DNA from: Sphaerodactylus townsendi
Lineage: Eukaryota
Length of the DNA stretch: 64,000 nt
Assembly: GCF_021028975.2 (NCBI RefSeq)
Contig: NC_059432.1
Coordinates: forward strand, 90,458,001 to 90,522,000
Reading direction: 5' to 3'
Part shown: in pieces, positions 1 to 12,271 of the stretch
Layout of the letters: every line of letters begins with the position of its first letter
Position numbering within the stretch: position 1 is the stretch's first letter
Translations under genes and position numbers: made by a program
The notes under the pieces: model-generated
The model's database searches: none
The model's input: the letters and a program-made list of their open reading frames with translations, nothing else
Told to the model about the DNA's origin: nothing

Positions 1-55
1 AGTTTCCACCTCTCGTGTGGAGGAGTGGGAAATCAAATCCATTGCTCTTAACCAC
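1..55 (-). mobile_element. Squam3-like SINE head fragment
   Basis: gtggaggagtgggaaatcaaatcc...gctcttaaccac matches the reverse-complemented tRNA-derived head seen in the copies at 4415-4641 and 11281-11599. Confidence 0.6.
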
Positions 56-2385
56 AAGGGCTCTTTTCAGTAAGGAATGATACTCCACTGCTTTGAGGTT
101 GTTGCTCCCTGCTTATTAAAGGACAATGGTTTGTTCCATTGCTTGGCAACAGCAGCATTATAAAGCATAACATATTTAAAGAAACTATGTGGCTGATTTT
201 GTAAAACAGCTTCCAAATTAAGTAAATGGGATACGACACACTGAAGGAGTTATGTGATCTTTGCAGCACTGGAGAAGTCTTTTCCAATACATTTCATAGA
301 GGACTGAGATGTCAATCCATCAAAGTGCTGGGCTTTCATAGCAGTGCACTGTAATGCATTTTCACTCATTGTACTTCCAGTTAGAATAAAAGCATCGCTG
401 AGGAATGCTTTTCTATAACCATTTTATTCTGGAATGAAAGATACCCAGCATAAACTGGGGAATATTTTAAATTCCCATACATCCAAGTTGAATTCAGTAC
501 TGCCACACTACCTCCGTTGTGGCACCAAGGGCTGGGAGGGGAGAGTCTGATTCCAGCTACATTGTACAATCTGTAGAGCACCCAGATAGCCAAAGATGTT
601 TTGACCCTTGAGGCTGAAAAATCCACAAAGGCTCTCCTGGGCACAGTAAAAAATAATGTAATTACACAGATGACAATTTTGTGGTCTTTCATGATGCTTC
701 CTGAAGTGACCTACCTCATATTCTCTAATGGAAGGGTCAGTTCTGTGAAGCACAGACTTCTTTCCTGTACCATAACAAGAAACAAAATTCATATAATATC
801 TTTATTGGGGGCCAGTCCAATGATATAAATCATTGTGCAACACTATTCCGGACAGATTTCTTCATTCCCATGTCAACCATGCTAATGCTATTTAACTTAT
901 TTTTTAATGACAGAAGCAGGCTTTTTTAAAAAAACTGAGATGTGAAAATCATACTTCTGTTTTTAAAAATCCAATGAAATATCTTCACAGTAGTTCTTAA
1001 AAAATCACTTACAAAAATGTACAAAATATACGAAGGAAACAAGACCTGTTATTTTTGGTTCTCCATATATAATGTTTCTGTCAGCATCTTAAGTATGAGG
1101 TAACATTGAAGTTACCAAACGAGAGTGGCATTCAGACAGCATTATTAGCAAACTCCCCATTACAATCTAGACATGTCTTTATGTAGACTAATCATATTAC
1201 AGGTCTGAGGGAGATTTACAATCAGATTTGCCACAGCAAACTCCATGTAATCTTCGCTGAAGACTGACACCATTTTATCTTCACATGATTCCCTGTTTCT
1301 CACACAAGTAATTCTGTCCTTTCTACATTGTCAATTCTGACAGGCTGATTTAATCTGCAGTATTCTGAATGCCTCTGACCACTGTGCCGAGTCATTAACC
1401 TTGACTTGCGTAATTGAATTCAAGGTTGATTGCCTGTGACCCTCCTCACAGAGGTCCTCAAAATGTACATATTCATTACTGGCTGCATTGCTAAACGGAT
1501 TGCACAGTGAAAGCCATAGCGGGCCACTTTGCTTGGTATGCAGAGGCCGAAGAGGGCACTAATTGCATGTTAGAGCTGAGGATTAGATTATGAAAAGAGT
1601 GAGAAAATGAAGATAGATCCTTCTGACACTGTCAGATTAAGGGGCAGCAAAATACAGGAATATGACATTGAGATTTACAATGACATTAATGGGAGGGGGG
1701 CAATTATATAGAGTATAGAGGGTTCGCTTGTTTTGGTTTTCCTAAGTTCCCATAGAGTTACAGAAGTCAATGACTGTGATGTGCTGGAGCTAATAAATGC
1801 CTTTTAATAGCTTGTATAATAAAGAAACACTTGAACACACTCCTCACTGTCTTAGGAAATCCACTTTGAATTTTATTGTGATGATAGCATGACATTTAAT
1901 AGTCTTTCTCCCTGTAAACTGCTTGGACTGCATTATTTTCAGCCTCACCATAATCTTGTGAGGGAAACTTGCTTTATAACATATAGTCATGTTAGATCTG
2001 GTAAGGGCATTTGGGTGGCGGCCTGGAACCAATCTGTAGAGCTATCTTCTGAGGGAAGTCCACCCACTTGCATTTTGTCATGAGTCAGAAGAATTCACCC
2101 AACACTTAACTGCTTATTACATTCTGCAGTTCCTGTGCTAATATTTTTAATTTGTGCTGTGGTTGGTGAATTATGATTTCAAGACAATTTAATGTGTTGA
2201 TTATGTTGCACTATTTGTAGTATATCTTAGTGACATTATGCTACTTGAGCACCAGTTTGGGTAGGGAAATGATAGTGATAAGATCATCCCCATGTTAATT
2301 TAACTGCATGTTGACATTTTGTTTAGATATTTATTATCTAAAATTCATTTCGATAATACATAGATATTTGTAGATACATAGATAT

Positions 2386-3560
2386 TTGTACCCTACTTTG
2401 CTTCCCAATAGGGATTCAAAGTGTCCTCCAATATTCTCCTCTCCTCCATTTTATCCTCATAACTACCCAGTGAAGTATCTTAGTTTTATTTATTTATTTA
2501 TTTATTTATGGGATTTCTATACCGCCCAATCCCCAAAGGGCTCTGGGCGGTGTACAGCATGGGTTCCACATACAATATATAAACAAAACCCCATTAAATT
2601 AAAAGTAAGTTTAAAAGTTTAAATATTCAAAATGCAGCAGTAGTCAACAAAATGGCGTCAGCAATACCCCAGATTGAACCCTCCCAAGAAAGGGAAAAAC
2701 AAAGATACAGTAACAGCAAGTTGGGTCCCCTAGATGACAAAGGGGGGGACTCCTGGAAAACCGGAGGGGAATAGGAGATAGAAGGGGGCACCTAATCAAA
2801 GCGGCTGGAGCAAGATTCTCCTAAAAGCCTGGTGGAACAACTCAGTCTTTGGCAGGCCCCAAGTGGAATTCACCAAGATCCCAAGCAGGGCCCGGACAGC
2901 ACTGGAGGGAGAGTGGTTCCACGGCTGAGGCCGGGCCATAGGCTGGAAAAAAGCCCTGGCCTCGAAAGTGGGAGGCCAGCCGCATCATGATGAGCCAGGG
3001 ACCGCAATAGTAAATTGGCCTCTGCTGAACGCCAGAGAGGCCGAAAGTAGGGGACATATGGGGTAATGCTGTGTCCCGAGGAAGATATGAAGGGGTCTCC
3101 AGGCCGCTGCAGTAAAGGCCTTTAAAGGTTAACACCCACACCTTGGAAGATGACTTGAACTCAACTGGGGAGGAGCCATGTGCAGGCTGCGCAGCACAGG
3201 TTGGATGTGATCACGGTAGGCGCCCCCTGTGAGCAGACGAGCCGCCGCATGCTGGACCAGCTTCAGTTTCCAGATCAGACGCAAGGGAAGGCCCACGTAG
3301 AGCGAGTTACAATAGTCTAACCTGGAGGTGACCGTTGCATGGATCACAGTGGCCAGATCTGCGTGGGAGAGGAAGGGAGCCAGCCGCCGGGCCTGACGAA
3401 GATGGAAGAACGCAACCCAGGTTATATGGGCCACCTGGGTCTCCATTGAAAGAGACGAATCCAGGTGGACCCCCAGACTGCGAACTGTCTTAGGCTGAAG
3501 ACAGTTATAGGCCCAAAGTCCCCAAGTGAACTTCCATGGCAAAATGGTTTCCCAGACCCT
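2386..3560 (-). mobile_element. Squam3/MIR-like SINE split by an L2 insertion (pieces 2386-2483 and 3488-3560)
   Basis: ttttatcctcataactacccagtgaagta..tcttag resumes as tcttaggctgaagacagttataggcccaaagtcccca.gtgaacttccatggc, colinear with the uninterrupted copy at 33904-34128. Confidence 0.75.
2484..3487 (-). mobile_element. 5'-truncated L2-clade LINE (RT C-terminus, 3' UTR, stem-loop, (TAAA)n tail)
   Basis: ORF 3129-3542(-) encodes VRSLGVHLDSSLSMETQV...TSRLDYCNSLYVGLPLRLIWKLKLVQHAAARLLTG, typical of L2 ORF2; 3' hairpin accgccca..tgggcggt at 2521-2551; (ttta)n tail at 2484-2508; 6-bp TSD tcttag at 2478-2483 and 3488-3493. Confidence 0.93.
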
Positions 3561-4414
3561 TCTCCCTCCATTCTGTTACTGCAGAAGGGAGGCTTAGAAT
3601 GGTTTTCTAAAACCATTCGAAGCAGAAGTGAAATTTAAATAAAGTCTTCTTGGCTCATTGTTCACATTCTTATGCTACATTTGCCCTTACCTTGGCACTG
3701 CTGAACAGACATGTTGGTTTAATACCATCTCACACACACAATGTTCTTTGTACAACATTCCCCATGCAAACTTCCCCTTTTCTCCTTTGTCCACTACTTT
3801 TCCTTTCAAAAGCCTCCCACCTTTTCTCTCGCTCTCTTGCCATTCACTCTCTTTGCCCCAGCTTCAGCCTATGTTTCCTTGAAAGTAAGCCCCATCATTT
3901 TCAAGCTAACCTGCTTCCAAATAACTGTGTTACTCATCACTCTACAGCACCTATAATGACCTTAGTGATGAATGTTAAATGGTGCAGAGTTGGAAGTGTC
4001 TGTGTCATATGATATGACCAGTCAGGCTGTACAGAGCACTGCTCGGAGTTGAAAGGGGAGAGAGAAATGATTTTTATTTCATCGTTCCTTCATTCTTGGT
4101 GATTTTTAGAATAGTTTACCAAGGTGTGGATGAGAGAAAGCATCTCTACTGCTGATGTAACTGGTTTGATGCACTTTTTCTTGCCATGTTGCACTGAAAC
4201 AACCACAGCCCAGTATAGAAAGGCAAAAAGTCATTCGTTGTCCCGCCCCACCCTGTTTCTCGTCTATTGTAACTACTCCTCAGGAACACCCATCTCACTT
4301 ATTGAGTGACCATTCTTATAAACAGTTCAAGCCTATACAGTTAGTACACACACACCAGAGGCACTTAATGTTTTTGCTTTGAAAAAGCAGTAATGCACAT
4401 GGTACATGTTGATT

Positions 4415-4641
4415 GGTGGTGGTGGAAAGTGCTGGCAAGTCACAGACCTATGGCAATCCCATAGGATTTTCAAGGCAAGAAACTTTGGTGGTGGATTGCC
4501 ATTGCCTGTCTCAGATTGGGCTGAGAGTACTGTGACTGGCCCGAAGTCAGCCAGTAGGCTTCATATGGAGGAGTGGGGAAATAGAAACCCGTTTTCCATA
4601 TTAGAACCTGCTTCTCCAAACCACTATACCCCACTGGCTCT
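4415..4641 (-). mobile_element. SINE with Squam3-like tRNA head and RTE-type tail
   Basis: Reverse complement starts gagagccagtggggtatagtggtt (box A-like) and ends ggcaatggcaatccaccacc..cttgccttgaaaatcctatggg..acttgccagcacttt(cca)n. Confidence 0.8.
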
Positions 4642-4642
4642 C

Positions 4643-4647
<5 letters not shown>

Positions 4648-4681
<34 letters not shown>

Positions 4682-4729
4682 AGTGAGTGAGTGAGTGAGT
4701 GAGTGAGTGAGTGAGTGAGTGAGTGAGTG
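4648..4729. repeat. Compound microsatellite (CT)n + (GTGA)n
   Basis: Direct reading of the sequence. Confidence 0.97.
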
Positions 4730-5335
4730 TGAAGTCCTATCATTAATAGCCTTGCTCAGGTCTTGTAATGTGAGGGCTTCCTTCATAGAATCAATAGGCT
4801 GATTACACAGTTTCTATGAGGTGTACAAACATTTTAACAAATGCTTTTAAAATGGACTCATTTTTTTAAATATCCCAGAACAGACTTTAAATCTTCTTGT
4901 AGAGCTCGTCCTCATCCCAGACATTTGAAACTATATCTCTGAGGAAAAAATCTAAATAGGATTGCCACTCCCACCATCATCACTTAACTGAAAATTCTGA
5001 GAGTATTTTGTGCTAATATGGAGGAAGAAAAGTAGGCCATGATTACTGCTGGGCCGCTTCAGGAAAAAATCCTTTGTGGCACTGACTGCCAGGGTGGCCA
5101 TAGCCGAGTCTTGGCTGCCAGCAAGGAATCACATTGACAAGGCCCAGCTGATCCCCAGCTTCAGAGCTGGCCTCTTGAGAATAACAGCAATCAGGCACCT
5201 TTTAAAGCCATTGTATGAATCTAGTATAATGAGAGGCTCTGGAATGGCATTTCTCAAGAAACAAAGCAAGCATACCATTGTTCTGTTTTTTTTTACTTTT
5301 CAGTTTTAAAGTAACAAACATAGGAGACACAGATT

Positions 5336-5523
5336 TGGATCCAGGCTAAATTTTCCAGTGGAACATGGACATTTCCCGCCTCCCCCAGTACACACTACAG
5401 TCCATTGATCCCCATGAAATGCTGCTTCTGGTAGATATGAGACCCTGAGGAATGTCATGGGGCAGAAGGTTCCGCAGCAAGAAACAAGAAATGGCAGGAA
5501 ATGGCCAGTTTAGTTGGATTCCA
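5336..5523. mobile_element. Old MITE-like element
   Basis: Imperfect terminal inverted repeats tggatccaggctaaa / tttagttggattcca. Confidence 0.45.
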
Positions 5524-7231
5524 CCTCAATCTTTCCCTCAAAAAAAAAAAGATTGGGGGTTTATAGGACTTAGGACACCTGTACAATCACAGTGTTATAA
5601 TGTCATTCACACACTTCGTTGCAGTTCTTACTTCAATAATGTGTTTATTTCTTTAGTAGGTTTATATCCCATTTATAACCCATCTTTCTACTTTTACAAG
5701 GCACCCGAGGCTGTGGGATATAATTCACAGATATTTCTTCCCCAGAAACATGTGCATTCATGGTCTCCTTCCCTCCATTCTTAGCAAGGTAAACAGTTCA
5801 GTTCTTCATACCCAAATCAGCCAATTGTTTGAGTCTCCATCTATATTCTGGTCTTATCCTTTCAAACATAACTATATTCGTGATCTATGTTTGGTTTGAA
5901 AGCAATGTGGTTTTAATAAGGACAGATATAAAATGCCCTCAGTCATCCCTTGAACCATACACCCTTGTCCCAATCCAAAGCAAACTTAAGCATGTTCAAA
6001 CTGACTGATTGAAATTTATATAACATTTGTCAGAATCAATTCCCACTGATATCAACGGAGTGTATTAGTTGCTACTATAATCCCAATGCTTTCTATAGGA
6101 GTGGCATCTCAATCCCATAGAAAACAATGGATGTAATTCCTACGGAATTCAAAGAGACCTTACTACCAGTGGGACCCACTGCTCATGATGCTTATGACCA
6201 TGCATACAACTAAATGCAGCTCAACTGAGGCACAGATTTCAGTGTTCACCCCTATGTTGGATTGAGTATGTATTGATTTTGTCATGTATTTACAGTAACA
6301 ACCTAAGCAATAATAAACCAAAACAATAAAAATCAGAGCTCTTTGCTTAAGCAGATGTCATTTTGGAGTATTTACATTTTAAACAGTCCAAGATATGTTT
6401 TAAAGTGACTTTCCTTCAAAGCAATAGCTACAGCAATCAGTTTTAATAAATATTACCTCTATAACCGCACCCCACTTCATGAACTCAAATGCACAAAATG
6501 TTTGGTGTGTGTAACATTCACTGGCTTAGAAACTGTGAGCAGTAACCAAGTGCACTGGATAACCTCTGCCATGGAATTAGCATCTTCTGAAACATACATT
6601 TGCACAAAATCAGTGCTTTTCAATGGTTTCTTGACCAAACAGAAGTTTCAGAGGAAGAGAAAACAGAGACTATGTGGCATGAATGAGACTAGTTTATATC
6701 CCTGTGCTCAGTATGATTTGAGCACACACTTCAGTGCCTTACAACCTCTGGACTGCATATGCCAGTTCATGATCATATTTTTAAAGCAATCCACGTCCCT
6801 TAAATTTTATTCCATATTCTGCTAACTTACACTGGGGGGAGGGAGTTAAAAATATGTATTTTGTTAAGGAATTTGCAATGCAATGAAAGCACTATTCCAA
6901 ACAATGGAGTCTAATATAAAAACAAGTCACCAAAATAAATGATATCTTTGTTAGCCACCAAAAACTCATCTGTCAAGCTTTTGGGATGTTGTGATTTCTT
7001 GTGCCAAGCAATAAGCAAGAGACGCTTTAAAAAGAAACAAAACATGGTTTTCATAAGTCACTAAAAATATTGCTGTTGACATCTGCTATAGTTAGTGTCT
7101 ATGCTGAATTTTGTGAACAGCATAAAGAGACCAGTTTGATCAGTGAACAATGCTGGATACAATCCTAGAAGGCAAGAATTAAAAGATTTCCTTTCTCTTA
7201 AACTCAGCAACCTTCTCTTATTTACCTACAC

Positions 7232-7743
7232 CAGTGGTGGCGAACCTATGGCATGGGTGCCTGAGGTGGCACTCAGAGCCCTCTCTGTGGGCACGCACAG
7301 AGTGCCCCCCCCACACACACACATCTCGACTGGCCTGGGCCACTTGCCTCGATTATTAGCATTAAACTTAAGACCTAGTTTTGGGGAAGCAGTGTAGGTA
7401 ACCCCGTTAGGCGCTGTTAAACCCCACTGATTTTCATGCGAAGAACTCAAGCGCAATCCTTTACCTGGGAGTAAGCTCAGTTTCTGGCAATGGGGCTTGC
7501 TTCTGAGTAAACCCTCCTAGAGTCATGATTCACCAGTTGGAAGAGTTGCATGGTTGCTTCAAGGCAAAGCCACCGACTACCACCAAGCTTACTCCCGAGT
7601 AACGTACACCCCGGAGCCAACTGCTTTTTCTAAACTAAAACCTCAGTATTCAGGTTAAATTGCCGTGTTGGCACTTTGCGATAAATAAGTGGGTTTTGGG
7701 TTGCAATTTGGGCACTCGGTCTTGAAAAGATTTGCCATCACTG
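7232..7743. mobile_element. Non-autonomous hAT DNA transposon
   Basis: TIRs cagtggtggcgaacct / agatttgccatcactg; perfect 8-bp TSD acctacac at 7224-7231 and 7744-7751. Confidence 0.92.
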
Positions 7744-8020
7744 ACCTACACCCAAACTCTGCAGCCTTCTCTCTCTCTAGCCCTAACTCCACTGCCGCAA
7801 TTTTTTGATGGGCTACAAAACTGTCCTAGTCACTTTTGGGGCAGAAGCTTAGTTTATTTAATTTCACCCATGCTACTGTCAGACAGTCTGTGGTCTTTAA
7901 ATTCAACATACTGTTTGTTTGTCCTGCTGATTCAACACTAGTGACCTTTTCCAAATTCTGATTTGGTTGGCCATTTTTTGTTATTAGTCTGTAGAACATT
8001 ACCTTCATTTTTTCTTCCCA

Positions 8021-8167
8021 GGGGACGAAAGCTCACCAGATTTAATTTGATGAAGGGAACTTTGACTCTTGAAAGCTCACACCCTGAAACTCTGGTTGGT
8101 CTCTAAGGCACTACTTGACTCCAACCTAACTGCTCAAATGCAGACCAACATGGCTACCCTCTGAAAC
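8021..8167 (+). mobile_element. Penelope-like element terminal repeat fragment with a degenerate hammerhead core
   Basis: ttgatga-a-gggaa-ctttga-ctctt-gaaagctca, followed by gttggtctctaaggcactacttgactc...gcagaccaacatggctaccc, which I recall as a reptile Penelope terminal-repeat pattern. Confidence 0.6.
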
Positions 8168-9189
8168 CAGATTCTAATTAATTTATTTCTATTTGAAGTG
8201 AATATTATTTAAAGATTAGATCCCAGAACTGCAGAACAGACTATCATATTCTTGCTCTGGCATCTAAAAAAAAAAACATTTGTCAGAGTTTGAGCTGCCT
8301 TGGTCCAAATTGGGAAGAAGTTTCCATTTGTGAATAATATTGCTTATAACAATACATTGATTTTCTGCAGGCCTTTCCCCCCAAAGCCTGAGGTATCTAA
8401 GCTCTCTTGAGACCTTACATGTTTCTGCTGCAGATGTGGGCTCATTTAGGTTTCCTGCCTCCCCCTCCACCCAGCCCAGTGACCCAAGTGGCTACTATGT
8501 TGTCCTAATTAGGAAATGACAGAGACCTAACAAAGCCTTCCAGGCATATAAATCATTCAGTTTTATGGCATTTATTACTAGAAGAGTCACTGACTTTAAT
8601 CCCTTCAATCATTTTACCATTTTGACAGCTGCTCCATTAAATACTTGGTTTCTGCCAAATCAATCTCACGTCTTTTATGATGAGAAAGGAGAAATTATAG
8701 GTTTTAGGTAGCATGATTTTGTTACATAAGTGCAAACCAGAAGAGAACATCTCGCCTGCTCACGTCAGGAACTCAGCCAATGCAGGATTTGGCCTAGAGT
8801 CCTAGTTTATTTTTATCCTTTCCTACAATCTTTGTTTTAAGAGAGAGATGTTTCTAGGACATCTTAGATAAAAGAAGTTTTTTAAGTCATATAAACTGAG
8901 ACTGACTTCCTTCTGAATTTACACCCAGACAGAATGAATAAATAGTAATGATACGAACCTACTACATTTATTGTAATTGGTCGCCAGTTAATGACAATAC
9001 TATTAGTGGTTATACAATGTGGAAAACAATGAAGTAGCCATTGTGACATGATCTGACTTTTTTTATCCATCCACATGAATCAAGACTTGCTGTCAGAATG
9101 CACGCTCCTCTTCCTGAAAATTACATGTTATTTTCAAATTTAATTGCTTTTTAACAAAAAAATGTTTTTTTTAAATTTAGCAGGGAAGG

Positions 9190-9470
9190 CCCCCCAACCT
9201 GTCTGGGCATACAGGAACCACTGGCATTCTGACATATTATGGTTACCACAGAAGACGGAGCCAGCCACAAAATGGCCGCTTCTGCCTATGTTCGATAATG
9301 CAGTGAAAATCCTTATGCTGTGATTGCAACTGCAGCCTAATTCATATAGCCAATCAAATTTCCAATAACCAATCAGAAGCCAAGCTCCTTGTGACCCCAC
9401 CGACTTGCTAAAAATACTTGGTGGATCCCAAGAAACGCGCCTGCAATAGGGCACCAGCATTACAACATGC
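9190..9470. mobile_element. Degraded repeat fragment, probably hAT-derived
   Basis: gccacaaaatggccgc...ccaatcaaatttccaataaccaatcagaagcc pattern recalled from lizard non-autonomous DNA elements; no TSD found. Confidence 0.4.
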
Positions 9471-9789
9471 TGAAAGTATTTTCCCCCTCTGTACTGACTG
9501 CTCAAGTTTATTGTAATAATTTCAAAGACATCATTGCTCTTTTTCAATAGGATCTACCATCCAAATTTCCTTTCACATAGTTTTCTATGTCAAAATTATG
9601 TGTGCTGTATTTGGAAAAATGTCTGAGAAAAGGTTAGGCTGGAAAACTTTCTGGTTGGGTTTTTACGTGTATAGCGGGGTTGAGGAAATATTCAAATATT
9701 ATAGATAAGTAAAATTAAGTAAAAATGTACTTATTAACAATTCGTAGAAGTGAACATAATTTACTCTATCATTTAAAACAGTTGTTGAT

Positions 9790-9793
<4 letters not shown>

Positions 9794-9838
<45 letters not shown>
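9794..9838. repeat. (TG)n microsatellite
   Basis: Direct reading of the sequence. Confidence 0.97.
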
Positions 9839-9840
<2 letters not shown>

Positions 9841-11280
9841 CAGGCATCATTTTGTACTTTTGTTTGCCTAAAAAAACCCCCGTAGATTCATCCCTGCTAG
9901 GAAGTCATTTAAATAATAATTAATAATAAACAGTCTGAAGTGTACTATTTGAAAAACCCCATGTTTCTTGGGATACACATATGTTTTCCAGCAGGCCCCA
10001 TATTAGACTCCCATTTTCAGACTGGGAAGATGGGTCAGGGGGGAGACTGGAACTCCTTCTCCATGTACACTGCAGTCCTGATCCGAGAAAACACAACTCA
10101 TGTGTGATTGTGTTACCTTCAAAACAGGACAGAAGACAGGGACCCAGAACCAACCTGTGTATTCCGTACCATGTGAAGATGTGATTTTGACAAAATGGAG
10201 AATGCTGCAATCTTCCCTTGTTGGGAGACAGAATTGTCACAACTTGATTTTATAGCCTAGCGATTAAGAACAAACCCAAACTTACTGATGAACACTGCAT
10301 GGGCTTGGATGCAGAAATACAGAAGCAAAAGCATAAATGGACTTAGCACATTTCTACTTCTGTGAGTTCTTGTGCAACTCCTAGCAATCCCCACCTCCAT
10401 CCCAATACATTGTAGTGCCCAGAAGTGGTTGCATTGGAACTTGTGAAACACGAAACACAATTGGGGAAAGAAAAGTCTGACATAGGACAAGTGGCTACCA
10501 CATTATTTTTCTTGCATTTCCACTTGTGCACAAGCAATAGTACAAGCAGAAAATTTCCCCTGAATCAACCCATGATTTTTTACCAGGAATATTATTTCAG
10601 TCCGATTCAACAAAAGCATTTATGGTTTTTCCTTAGCTGAACATTATAGATACGTATTTTTTTCTTAACCTGCTTGGATTCCCCTTTAAATATATATCCA
10701 AAATCATATGTTGCTTTGAACAACTGCTTTAAGAATAAACCACTGACCATTTGCATTCAAAGTATTGCCCTTTTATATGAGGGGGGGTTTCAGCTTTTCT
10801 TTTGAATATTCCTTTGGAGATCTTAGATGGCTGAGCACTGAGCATCCGGCGGTCTGCGTTTTACAAAGTGTGTGATTCTTTAGCGCGGTATACATATCAG
10901 TTGGTCTCTTGATGAATTTATTAAAATACAATGGCACAGAAGGAAATGGAATTCCAATCCACTGCTGTTGTCCTAAGAAATCATTATCACGAGACAGAAT
11001 TAGAAGCATGGATGAGAGTTAATGGGTCTCCCAGGCTGTCCAGCCATCATTATGTTACTGTGCAAGAGGCATCAACCGCTTTAAGTCCCATTAGTGTGTT
11101 GATGAGCTGTCTGGAACAGGATGCTTGTATCTGAACAAGCAGTTTACTCTGACTGCATTGCATTAACCCCTTGCTGTCTCTGCATGCTTTAGGCTTCTGA
11201 CTGAAAGTCAGGGTGTGAAATCACCTTGCTGCTCTTTCAATTATGCCATTCGGGGAAGGGTTCGTCTCCTATGTTGCACA

Positions 11281-11599
11281 AGAAGAAGGAGGAGGAGGAG
11301 GAGGAGGAGGAGGATTTATATCCCCCCTTTTCTCTCCTGTTGGAGACTCAAAGGGGCTTACAATCTCCTTGCCCTTCCCCCTCACAACAAATACCCTGTG
11401 AGGTGGGTGGGGCTGAGAGAGCTCTGAAAAGCTGTGACTAGCCCAAGGTCACCCAGCTGGCATGTGTGGGAGTGTATAGGCTAATCTGAATTCCCCAGAT
11501 AAGCCTCCACAACTCAAGTGGCAGAGTTGGGAATCAAACCCGGTTCCTCCAGATCAGAATGCACCTGCTCTTAGCCACTGCTCCTAGCCATTACGCCAC
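11281..11599 (-). mobile_element. Near full-length Squam3-like SINE (long variant with internal insert) with (CCT/CTT)n tail
   Basis: Reverse complement gtggcgtaatggctaggagc...ctggaggaaccgggtttgattccc (A/B boxes), core ctgggtgaccttgggctagtcacag, L2-type tail gtaagcccctttgagtctcc...ggggggatataaat. Confidence 0.9.
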
Positions 11600-11760
11600 A
11601 AGCAGAATTGTGCTGCATAAAGGGTAATTCCTTGCTTGACTCTTCCAAATAGTTTCCCTGTAAGTCCATGGACCTCCAGGTTTATGATGGGGATCAAGGA
11701 GGGGGGAGGGCTAAAATGAAATAGGTGAATAGGCAAAAATTAGCTGCTCTCTTCTGTGAG

Positions 11761-11965
11761 CAGCCTGAATAGCCCAGCTTAACCCAAGCTCCTCAGAATT
11801 TTGGAAGCTAAGCAGGGTTGGCCATAGTTAGTACTTGGATGGAGCCAAAGCAAGAAGGGCTGGGATGGCTATGTGGAGGAAGGCAATGGCAAACCAGCAC
11901 TGCTCATGTCTTGACTTGAAGACTCCGTGAATGGGCTTGCCATAAGTTGGCTGCAATTCCAAGGA
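11761..11965 (+). mobile_element. 5S rRNA-derived SINE with RTE-type tail
   Basis: ggaagctaagcagggttggccatagttagtacttggatgg is the 5S internal control region (box A/IE/box C); followed by gaggaaggcaatggcaaacc...cttgacttgaagac..gccataagt. Confidence 0.8.
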
Positions 11966-12132
11966 ATGTTCTTGTTCTGTCAGTGGGAAGGCAGTTCAGG
12001 ATCCAAGTCAATAGCTTGATCCTGGAGACATCATTCTTCCCACACAAATAAATACTAGCTTTTGACAAGAAGGGCACTAGGAAAAGTTTACATGTTTACA
12101 TTCCTTTGTAAGACACTACAAACAATCTCCCT

Positions 12133-12271
12133 GGCTGATTCTGCATGGGCCAAAAACAGCAGTGTGAAAACGGTGTGAAAACGGTGTAAAAGGGTTTAAA
12201 ATGGTGTAAAGGGGTTTATACTGTTTTCACACCGTTTTCACACCGCTGTTTTTGCCCATGCGGAATCAGCC
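12133..12271. mobile_element. Palindromic MITE, PIF/Harbinger-like
   Basis: Long TIRs ggctgattctgcatgggccaaaaacagc..gtgtgaaaacggtgtgaaaac mirrored at the right end; 3-bp TSD cct. Confidence 0.88.

Noticed and set aside
11790-11845. 5S rRNA gene (also 15310, 30280, 61760)
   Set aside because: Diverged, lacks the 5S 3' end and T-run terminator, and in three cases is fused to a retroposon tail; these are SINE heads
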